Shown here in pieces: positions 38,540 to 50,270 of a stretch of DNA of 64,000 nucleotides. Every line of letters begins with the position of its first letter. Position 1 is the first letter of the stretch. The notes under the pieces were generated by a model, which saw only the letters and a program-made list of their open reading frames with translations, was not told the origin of the DNA and ran no database searches. The DNA lies in NCBI RefSeq assembly GCF_964204865.1, contig NC_135251.1, forward strand, positions 18,538,001 through 18,602,000, given 5' to 3'. The DNA is from Styela clava (taxonomy: Eukaryota). The translations under genes and the position numbers were made by a program.

Positions 38540-41500
38540 TCACTGAGAGTAAACAGAAGCCTGTTGTCCTTGCTGGTAACGATATGGATCTCGATAGAAT
38601 GATCCAGTGTTTCTTCTTGGACTTGAAGATGCTATCAAACCATGTGATGAGTAAGATCGGAGCTGGCTTCCCTGTATACTATTTCTTTGCAGAGAACTTC
38701 CATACCGTCCTCCATTATGGTATCTATGCGAATGTGAAGATTTTGATACTGGAAGAATCAAAGGACAAGCAAGGGCAAAATGGAAGAGTGCCACAAAGTA
38801 CATTAGTCACCATGGATCAGAATAACTGAAATATTCCCTTGCATATCAATGGCCGATTGTGTAGGGCCTTGTTTAGGGGTAAATGGCATGAATAATTTTA
38901 CTAAATAATCCACCAAAAAATTGTGTAGACTATGCAAATCAATGTAACTCCATTATTTTTGATGATTGAATTAATGTACATAGCCCTCGTAAAAACAATT
39001 ATGCTGTATTAGATGAAATTAAGTGCGCTTGTAATAAAAGTCAGGCTATAGTACACATGCCATAATATGCAGTACCAAAGTCATATTAATCAGTAAAACT
39101 CACATATCCTTTGCCAGAGGTGCATTAACTGATGCTTGATTCGATTCCTCATCACTGTCATATCTATGAGGATTGTCAAAAAAATAGACTCGAGAGCTGT
39201 AACTTTGGCTATTGAGCATGCTGTCAGGAATCTGGCCATAAAAATAAACAACATGAAATTGATAGCAAACTTCTTGTCAAATTAACAATAAATCCTTATA
39301 GAAATTAAAATTTTGGACCTCCTGAAGTATGCGCACCAAGGTGGCGCTCGACCTGAACTCTGGTTGTGTACCATATTAGGGTTCAGGTTATGCAACATCC
39401 TGGTGCGCATAATTCAGGAGTACCGAAATTTTATTAGACGATCACTTACCATACTCTGCTCAGGTCTTCGAACCCGGAAAAAGAAAATAACTAAACTTGT
39501 TGGAAGAAGTTCCCATACGAATAACACAATTCCGAACATAACGTACGAAAGTTGCGACACATCAACAAGATCTGCCTGTTATGAAATTGGATAAAAATTG
39601 AGGAAGTTACAAAATGCGCCTAACTATATTGGTGAAGACTGTAAGAGATCCTGTATTCTAACTCTACGCCCATGGATGACCATTTAATAAATTGAGAATA
39701 ATCTAACTAAAATTGGTGATCCTCTGTATGACTGGCTGCGTGTGAATAGCCTTGTCAGATAAAAAGGTGCAAAATGCCTTATATTGCCATTGACATAGTA
39801 AAACTATTGATCAATAGCCTATAATGAATCACTTACCTGATCAGAAACATTATACCAGTCAAAATTGAAAGATGACATTTTGTTGTGACATCTCAGTGGG
39901 CTAACGGCAAGTAGGTTGTATATGGCACGAGATGTGAACAGGAAAACAATGAGAAATCCTACTGTTGCAGCCTGACACACTGTTGTTCCTTTGGCTTCAA
40001 GTAAAATATTGGCTGAAGTTGTTTTTGAGATTCGTACAATGCAATAAGCGAGCCATACCCCTCCAACAACAAACAGAAAATCATTAACGAGCACACGGGC
40101 CGTTACTGCTATTGATACGATGTCTTCATTTGGATCGATCATCTGGATAAACAAAATAGATGATGACAGCTGTGAAATCAGCAAGTGCGGTTTCAAGCAC
40201 CTTGCGGCGTCTGAAGCTGCTGCAAAACCATGGCAGGATTTCCAAATCATGGCCGCTATGGTCAAACCATGACGGTTGACTTTTTAGCTGCCACAAACAA
40301 ATGACGTGAAGCAGGGTACCACGGCAGCGAATTGAAAACCATGGCGGGTAAAATTGTGCTGCCACAAACCAAGGCATGTAGGCTGTAATGGCAGGACTGC
40401 CCCTGATGGTGACACACTTTGGGTAAGTTAAAACATTTTCCTTATGGATACAGTTTTGATGGATTTGGGGTTAGGTTTCAGGTGTAAGTAGATATGATTC
40501 CGCATGATAAACTAAAATCTGGTACATGACTTTGTGAATATACTGGTAATACCGCCGTAAAACCATGGCAAGCGACGTCGCTGTTCGATCAAGGCAGGAG
40601 CCGCCATTTAGAATCTGGAGACGTCGAATAGTGACAAGACAAACCCAGTCAAAATATCAGACAGTCAAAATTTAACATACAATCATCATTAAGCAACATA
40701 AGCTAAGATTTTTATAGTCAAAATTAGGTTTTCACGTAGTTCAAAGCTGGAATCGAAGTTGTTTTAGAAATGGCTTGGTTTCGAATGTAAATTTTCCCAG
40801 ATTACACACCCTAAAATATTACTCCACAATATCCTCCAAAAATGCCCTGTAGTCGATAAGATCTATTAGCAAGAGTTCATCTTGTACTAATAGGTTACAA
40901 GTCAAAACAGATGTGATTGGCACAAAAATATCCATGCAACACCTTATAGAAGTTGTAATTTTAAAAACCTATGAGCCTAATATTAAACTGCTATAACATA
41001 CCGGATATATGGGACGAGTGTAATGCATGTTAATACTAAAATGGCAATCTGTTGTGAAGTACAGAAGATTTATTTGCTTCAAAGCAATATTTACATTTTG
41101 AGTGTAAAACAAACAAATTGTATAAATAAATCCAACTCACATTAACTGCAGTCTGTTGGTAAACCACGATCGCACATCCGAGATTCATAGCAAAAAATAT
41201 TGCGCTCATCAACAAACATGCAAAACGAAGGGGATTTCTGTAACACATTCAAAAACCTCGTTAGAAAAAAGCTTAAACACAAACACAACTGAAGGTAACA
41301 ATCAATCAGCGTGACTGATAATATGATCGTGCAGCTTATTTGGACTGTAGCAAGCAATATTTGGTATATTGATATGAAACCAATAAACTCACTAAAATAG
41401 TTTTGTCATAAATACTAGATGATATTTAGCCTAGTAATATGACAGGCCACAATAACTTGTTGACTGACAGTTTCAAGAACCACTCAGTAATTCAGCAAAT

Positions 41501-42332
41501 CCATAAATCGTCTCCAATAATAAGAGTACATTTTGTCTATGCAATGAACAGGAATACATTTTAATATTTTATCTCCATATTTGTTTTGCCAAATAGACTT
41601 AACTATAGTGAAATGAAAGCATTTGATTGTAAATAGTAATGAATCATGCCCAAATGGAAATCTAACATTATCATTCGCTGTACGAGTTCTTACTTGTATT
41701 TTCTCGGGTTAGCTGCATATTGTGGTTTAGCTTTAAACATCACCTGTGGAAAGAAGAGATTTCTATATTTGTTATTTTTCGGATTAAAGTGTATCAAGCT
41801 TAAATGAAGGCATAAAAAATTATTTTAATAAAAAAACAAGGGTCCCCTCTTAATGAGCAATAAATTCACTCAAGCAACTATGGCATTTTTTAATTTGTAA
41901 AATGGTACTAACTTTAACGATACTCCATTGCAACACAATAAGGCAGATATATTTCTAAGGACGGATAAAAAGCATAAGATTTCTCACCTGTGAAAAATAT
42001 AAGTTGAGCAAGCATAAAGTGAAAAATTGAAGACAAACGGGAAAGCAATAGAACAAATAATACCAAACCAATGGTAGAGTATTTGCCATTCTAGTATCCT
42101 TGAAGTAGAATGAGAAAAGTGTTGTACGTAATCCACTCCATGCCACACACAGAAACAAGAATACAGTCTGGAAGCTTACTCTTTTATAATTGTAGTACAG
42201 AACAAGCCATAATTGAACATAAACGATAATAAACAACATGGAGTACAGTATGATATACGTTGCAGTTAGTCCTGCTTCAACTTGATCCGATACAGCAGGT
42301 GTAAGAGGTGAGGTAGAATTTTCTGAATCCAT
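38540..42332 (-). CDS. GPR137: GPR137-family lysosomal 7TM integral membrane protein (GPR137B/TM7SF1-like)
   Basis: Exons: 42332-41988 (YVQLWLVLYY.YKRVSFQTVFLFLC..W..LRTTLFSFYF), 41743-41694, 41237-41141, 40142-39837 (LEAKGT...FDWYNVSDQ), 39575-39450 (ADL...WELLPT) and 39231-39104 (YFFDNPHRYDSD). The terminal exon is uncertain and lies within 38540-38830. Confidence 0.92.
39315..39424. mobile_element. Small palindromic MITE in a GPR137 intron
   Basis: Inverted repeat CTCCTGAAGTATGCGCACCA (39319) and TGGTGCGCATAATTCAGGAG (39420). Confidence 0.65.
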
Positions 42333-45300
42333 TACACTGCAGTTGGATGAAAACAGTAAATAGACCATGTTTCTTCTTCTATTCTCATAAAAATTACATT
42401 ATAACATATGAATTAAAATAGCAGAAAAATATAGATCTATAAAAGAAATAGATGAAGAATAAGTGTTACTAAAAAAACAGAACACCAAACTTTCCTAATT
42501 ACATCTACGAAAATAGAGAAAATATAAAAAAGATGTTCCTATATGTATATATGGCATTCACAATATTCCAAAGTCAGGGTATATGGATTTCCATGCTATG
42601 TCATTTTTAATAATTGCCATGTAAACAAGCAGATAATTCAGTAGGTGCTACTAAGTTTAAAGTGACAATTGTCTTTTCAGATCTGGATAGACATCCAACT
42701 ATACATTACATCAGTATTTGTGAGGTGAATAGTGTGTAATTTGTTCGCGATGGGCTACTAAGCACACAAGTACTTTGGTCACTCACAAATTGTTTTGCAG
42801 TCAATGTGCTATATATACCTGTTTTGATGTAGCCTACATGTTTTATATTTTACTGTTATATATCATCAGCTATTCATAATTTTGATCTGCTTAGAAAGTA
42901 CTAAACATAACAATTCTTGCCCATATAAAGTAGAACCAAATTCTAATTGACAGTACGACATAATTTTTGTCATGTGGAAACCTACGCACCCTGTTATTAA
43001 TTTAAATTATCATTCAAACAAGCATGATGCGATCTGGCGCATCTACCGCGTGCCAGGTTCAGACGCCTCGGTTCAGAGACAAATAGAGTTTTGTTTTATT
43101 GAACCAAATGCCGGGACATCTAAATATCATCTTTGCAAAATGTGCGAAATATTTGTTGAAATAATTGCATTCAATAATTGAAATGATAATATAGATCGAC
43201 AACTGAATATGAGATGGTTGTACATGATATGTTTAAGGTAAACAGAAATATTACTTGAACCGGATATAATATTTACCGTACTGGTATCTGTTTGAATCTC
43301 AGCGTCAACCTATACAAGTGTGGCACAGTTCAGCAGTTGTCTGATTCCATGAATAGCCCAGACATTAAAAAACATCAATTGTAACAGTGAGTGCAAACCC
43401 CATTTTTGAAAGTCGGTCTGGTTATCATATTGGCAAACCGACACTACGCAAAAAAACAAAAGAAAACACAATCTAAAAACGGCACAATTGAATTCTTGAC
43501 AAAAAATAATCTGATTTACCGAAGGGAAAAAAATTAACCGTACCTTTTAGAGTTTTAGTCAAAAAAACACGAGTTTGGTCATGTGATGGTCGATGCACGT
43601 CATGATGATTAAAATTATTTATGAGTCACGCATGGCGCGATCTTACGCATGTGCCAGATGCGCTCTTTTCAGAGACAAAAAGCGAGTTCGTTTTATTGAA
43701 CTGAATGTCGGGACATCTTGGATCTGAAGAACTGTGCCCTACTACTGTACCGGTACTATCAGTACTATATACCGTACAATATCAGAATATAGAAATGAAT
43801 AACCAGGCAAATTAAGTTTGAAAATGGCTGTGTAAAATTTGAAATACTTTGACATACAGTACCATAACTGTTTATTGAACCTGATACAGTACCGGTACGG
43901 TACAGGTATTATCTGAATATTCAAAAACACTGAAACAACATTTCATTCCTATGTTTTCATTTTCAGGATATAACTTACCGATAGACATTTATGGTTTATC
44001 CTTGTCTATATCGTCCATGTACTGATGTAGGATATTACCTTCATCCTTATTATTCAGTTAACGGTATGGAAATGGATTTGCATAGTGAATTTAAAACACT
44101 GAAGGTATGACCAGTCCTACCGTAATAAAACTGTTCCACTGAAGTAGCATAACAATAATGAAAAACCATATTACCCATATTCACATTCATACATTACAGC
44201 ATTACAGTCAAATTCAATTTTCTATGTATAAGTATAAGTTTACTTCGACTCCATAATCAGCAAAACAATAAAATGAATGGTAAAAATAAATAAATAAAAA
44301 CTGATTATGAAATCAGGAGAGCGAACAAAACCTTAGATAAGGTTTAAAACGTACAGAATGTATATAAGATGGAAGGTTTTGCCAAGAAGATGTGGTACGT
44401 GTTCACTCACCTAAAATAATTGAAATATTTCACACACGCTCACACGCACCCACATACACAACCATATACAGATATAGAAGTTATTGAGTAAAGGGAACAT
44501 GAAAAATTACATACTGGTAGTTAATAAAAAATAAATAAAAAAAAATTACTTGCCACACCATATTAATAAATTTATGATGATTGCCACTGCCAAATTGATC
44601 AATTTTATAAATGGGAGTGAACAGTAAAGATAAACTTTTATAAAAAAATATATTGTCAAGCTGATTCTGTGATTATAGGTGGGAGTCAAATGCCAAAATG
44701 CCCAACCAAAGTTGCCAGAATTGCAACAGGGGTGATAACTTTTTTGTGGCTTTGGAGCCAGGCCACACAAAAGGGGCCAGGCCACGGAGAAAATGGGGCC
44801 AGGCCACAGAGAAAATGGGGCCAGGCCACGGACAATTTGGGGCCAGGCCAGCGCAATGGTAATGTTAAGACATCCGTATTTGTTTAGTTATATTTTTGTT
44901 TATAAGTAATGTGGAAACTGGTAATGTTAAGACATGTACGGTACTTGTACAATTGAACCGTATCGTATGTTACAACCAGGGAAAATGCTGTATTCGAACA
45001 CTTACTCAAAATAATAGATAAAAACAAATGATAAAGTAACTGAATATAGAATCGGGAAAGCAAACAAAACCTCAAGTAAAGTTTGAAGCCTACATATTTC
45101 AGATGGAAAGGTATTGATAAAAGAAGTAGTACGTGTTCGCTCACCCAATGTATTACTTATGTGAGGGGGTATATTGCGAGCGATACATTATTGTAGTGTT
45201 TCTACTGGTCACCGTATCTATACATTTATATTCCTCACCGCATTCATTGTCTTTTTACTGTAGCGTGAACTGGTGCCTATATGTTAAAAAAAACTCAGTG

Positions 45301-46505
45301 AAATAAGTTATATTTATTGCTTGTTGCATACCTTTTTGTGATTGTTAATTTTTTTTAGCGAATATGTGTTGTTATTTAATTATTTTCATACAATACATGG
45401 TTAATAGATCATTGAATAATTCCACCAGTGACTCAAATGCTATTATTAAATGAAGTCCGTACTGATAAATTGTGTAGTTCTACCTGTATTGCATAGGCAA
45501 TTGACAGGGGTTTACACGCTAAGATGTTTTAGATTTGTAATACAAATTGCAGGCACAACATATCGGTAGCTGGTATACGCTATCACAACCACTAGTATCC
45601 CAATAATCAACATGCAAAAAAGACTACTCTTCTCCGTTATACATTATCCCTAACAGAAAACAAGATCCATGCATACCAGTTGATTAACTGTTTCATTTAT
45701 TGAAAAATATGCAAAAAAAAATTGCAAACACCAGATTGGCAGGATTCCAACATACTCTTTTTTAAAATAAGATTCATCTCCGAGGGAGTCCTTTTTGTTA
45801 GCATCTTAAGACTTTCCTATTACCGATAATTACTTCAATTATATTCAGCGTAATGAATATCAGGGATAAATGTTCAATCATAAGACTGTTTTTTCAATAT
45901 AAGTCATCATAGATATATCGGAAAAGTAACAGTAGTACAAACGCATATTAGATAATCATAAGCAAGGAAATTGTAAGACTCTTTTGACTGGAACTGGTTT
46001 AGAGATTCAAGGGAAAATTCGCAAAATTCAATTTGGTATTTTTTCAAATTTGTTTTTAGCAACCACACTGGTAAGGTTGAGTATCTCCTACACAATATAA
46101 AACCAAAATTATATAGAGTCCGTATTGTTGTCATCATAGCAGACACCATGATATAATTTCTTCTCTCCAAGCTATAAAACAAAAAAATTATGTTAAAATT
46201 CTTGATGACTTGAGTGGTTTATTATTTTACAGTACTGGGAATCAAAATACCTATTTCACCAATAAATACTTTTTAATCCTGCACACCATTTTGAGAATAC
46301 AGGTAAAACGTAAAATTAAATGGTAGTGATATTAGGGAGTGGGGTTTTATGGCACGGTTGTTAGCAACAATATGGGATGAAATTTATCTAACAGAAGGAA
46401 GTATGTAGGTTTCATATAGAATTATTACATCATTTTTATCATTGTCAACTATTCAATCCAAATCTAACGAAGATTCAATAAAACATGGTGTTTATTCGAC
46501 TAGAC

Positions 46506-46964
46506 CAGGGGTTCTCAACCTTTTTTCTGCAAAATACCCCCAAGGCACGAAACAATCAACGTGAACCCCCAGTAATGTGACACCGAACAAAGTTGTGATA
46601 TATCGATTAACAATTTGTTGAAACAACAATTTATTGACCAGATAAAACTAAATTTAATTTCCCTGTTACTAATATTGCCCTAACTAATAAATTCTTAAAA
46701 TCCCTTTCAAGTTTCAATAAGGATATCACTTTCTCCAGTGCTCGCAGCACGCTGTATTTTCTGTGAATTTCACATTGTTTACGTCACAATCACAACAACG
46801 CAAGATCAGGGAAAATCTATGTCTCAATTGGCATCCAGTTTCAATCGGCACGCATTTTCCTCTGGTAGTAATAAAGGATATTTGAAACAGCAACACGCAA
46901 AAACTCGACTGCCATCCAAGTACAACCTGAAATCTTTTCGCGAACCCCAGGTTGAGAACCCCTG
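46506..46964. mobile_element. hAT-type MITE nested in the 5.7-kb element
   Basis: Perfect 15-bp TIR CAGGGGTTCTCAACC / GGTTGAGAACCCCTG. TSD is GACTAGAC versus GACTAAAG, a 6/8 match. Confidence 0.85.
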
Positions 46965-49534
46965 GACTAAAGACTGCTTGGTCCATCCCTGATTTGTATA
47001 CATCGCAGATCACTTCATTATCAAAAACTCATTAAGTTAGGAAACAAATGGAATGGGCCAATTTTAATATTCTATTCTGTTTTTACTTATTGTTGCCTAT
47101 GTCCTGCTATAAAGCTCAGTACAAACAATACGTCAAACTCACATTGAGGTACGTAGAATCTGAATAAATCTTCGAGCAATCATAATACCACACTTGCCAA
47201 TTCCACGTCATTCTATTGTTTTATGCACGCGATGTTTTGGAGAAGCAAAATCAATAACATGGAAACTGCGACAACTGTTTGCATGTCGTTACGACGTGAG
47301 CACCTGAGATTATGTTATTTGTTAAAGCCATACTGAACAATTTTTTATCATGTAATACAATTAATACATATTAGGCATTACATGTATTTCTTTACAATGC
47401 TTAGTGATTGAGGCAATATTTAAAAATAAAAACCAATAGTGGCAAAAAATTCACATCTTACACTTTTTAAAAAAAAAGAGTGCTTAATAGGGAACACCAT
47501 TTGCAAAAAACATCTTGCGAGAACATCTCTTGACAATGAAATTTTTCCAAATACAGCATAAAAATAGCAAGTAGTCAAGAAAAATTATGAAAGAACTTGC
47601 AAATGTTATTTTAGGAAAACAAATGTACAAAATTCAGACTTGACTATTAGACACAATCTTGACTGGAACAAAAAAATTTAACCATGGAGATTGTATTCAG
47701 GTCTCATCTGTACAGTTATTGTTACAATGATGTGATCAAGGCAAATAATACCAAATCTTACCATTATACTATTCCATCTATTTTAGTATTTAATCTTTGT
47801 AGTGGAATCTCGTTCGGAATATAGTTCTTCTCGGAAAAACTTTTTCGCTTGATTCCTGTTTTCATTATCAATTTAAACAATCCCTGAAAGCAGATCCAAT
47901 TATGTATGTAGTAGTAATCATCACAAGAATATAATACAAATATGTTATGCATGCTTCAGGTGGATATAAAAATATAAGGAATATTATTAAGTATTTCTAG
48001 CTGTGTCACAACCGTATATATACTATATACTTAATATATACTTAAATCTCCACTCAAACCATTTGAATGACTAACGAATATAAAAGTGTGAATCAAAGCT
48101 TCCCCCAAAACCAGTCTCAAATGAAAAATCCAGTGCGCCAGCTAATGTTATCTAATAAATAATATACATTGTAATATTAGGCTAAAATGTATAGTCTGAT
48201 ATGAGTATTACTTATAAATAGTTTGAGTAAGATAAGCTTGAAATATTTTTCCCAACCTGGTAAATGTAAACTACAAATTAGCTTTCATATTCATAATCTA
48301 TGATCAAATTGATATGATACCAGCTTCTTACAGCCTAATTCTTGTATACATTCCTCAGTTATCGTATAGTATCTGTTTCACTGCGATCATTACTCATATC
48401 AGCATATATACTGAACAAAAAACATTAATTCCCCAAAAAGTGAAACAAATCTTATGGTACTATTGTTGTAAAGTAACTTAACCATCATTACAAACCTGTT
48501 ATATGAAATAAAAACTATGACTATTCCACTTCCGACAACATTCAGACATTGCGTCCCCGAATCACCTTGCTGTATGAATCCACTTTTTAAACTGCACTTC
48601 CCGGCAACAAATTTCAAAGTATTTACTTTTCAGACAGTCAAACATGATTTCATACTATTATGGTTACCTGTAACTTGAAGATCTTTACTAACCTGTTGAA
48701 AACCATGAAAAAAAAAAATACAAAATCATCTCCATAACAGAAATCAAGTATGGCTCCATATACAGATATACCATGTTTTCCCAAAAATAAGACTGGGTCT
48801 CATTTCAATTTTCTTCCGAAAAATAACACTAGGGCTTATTTTCGGGGGATATCTTATATTTTTATTTATTAAAAACAAACTTAAAAAGTAGAGAATTACG
48901 AGATTTTCAAATATACAAACTATAGCAACTAACCCCCAAATGTACCCCATTTCATGTTGAAATCAACAAAACAAAGTTAATTTTTCCCAAAATTCGAACA
49001 AAGACTTTCGTAGGAATCAAATTACACCAGTTTAAGAAACATAACATGTTCCACCCAGTCATTATTAAATTAAAATTTATATTCTCAAGACCTTTGGCAC
49101 TGATTGAAATAATTATATCTAAGTTCCCATCCGTACGATGTACCTAATTACCCTTGTTGAGATAATAGGAATTTCTGTTTATAACGTGAATCACGAGCTC
49201 ACGTTTACAGCATTTAATTGGATTTATGATCAACGTATAAATACGACTCCGATATCTTTCGATAGGAGGAGGGAAGACGATGTAAACCATTCTAAGCTAG
49301 TCTGGATTAATGTTATAAGATTTATATTCTGTGTGTTGTGGAAATTTACGAATAAAAACATATAGAGATTTTTAACGCATCTTCATTCACGTGGGCGTTG
49401 AAGCTGAAGGGTGAACGGGTGACTTGCAAGTTCTGAGACAATCTACGAAATAGCAATATATGGTAACATCACATTCATCTACCATTTATGCTATAAAACT
49501 ATGAACCTATATATATTATACCCTATATATGAAC

Positions 49535-50270
49535 CTCGGTTAAGTGTGATTCAAGCGAATTCTTTTCACTAATAAGGTTTGCCTGTACCTTCAAGATCAT
49601 CACTAACCTGTTAAACACACAAAAAATAAGACTAATCCACACCTCATAACAGAATTTGAGTGTGGCTCCATATTACTGTACTGCTCAAGTCTGTGGCTCC
49701 ATTTTCTATCCTGTATTTCCAGGCAATAAATTCTCGGTAAAATGCGATTCAAGCATATTCTTTTCACTAATAAGGTTTGTCTGTACCTTCAAGATCATCA
49801 CTAACCTGTTAAGCACACAAAAAATAAGACTAATCCACTTCTCAAAACGAATTTGAGTGTGGCTCCATATTACTGAACTGCTCTAGTCTGTGGCTCCATT
49901 TTCTATCCTGTATTTCCAGGCAATAAATTCTCGGTTAAATGTGATTCAAGCGTATTCTTTTCACTAATTAGGTTTGCCTGTACCTTCAAGATCATCACTA
50001 ACCTGTTAAACACACAAAGAATAAGACTAATCCACTTCTCAAAACGAATTTGAGTGTGGCTCCATAATACTGAACTGCTCAAGTCTGTGGCTCCATTTTC
50101 TATCCAGTATTTCCAGGCAATAAATTCTCGGTTAAATGTGATTCAAGCGTATTATTTTCACTAATAAGGTTTGTCTGTACCTTCAAGATCATTACTAACC
50201 TGTTGAACACACAAAAAATAGGACTAATCCACTTTTCATACCAGAATTTGAGTGTGGCTCCGTATTACTG
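49535..50270. repeat. ~197-bp tandem repeat, ~3.7 copies
   Basis: Near-identical units start at 49535, 49733, 49930 and 50127. A diverged single copy lies at ~48648-48765. Confidence 0.95.

Noticed and set aside
40143-40377. ORF 40126-40377 and the N-terminal extension of ORF 39819-40265
   Set aside because: This is a GC-rich intronic repeat with recurring AAACCATGGC motifs. The true exon starts at 40142.
42333-42368. GPR137 start at 42368
   Set aside because: The extra 12 codons overlap a pyrimidine tract and CAG acceptor. ATG 42332 is preferred.
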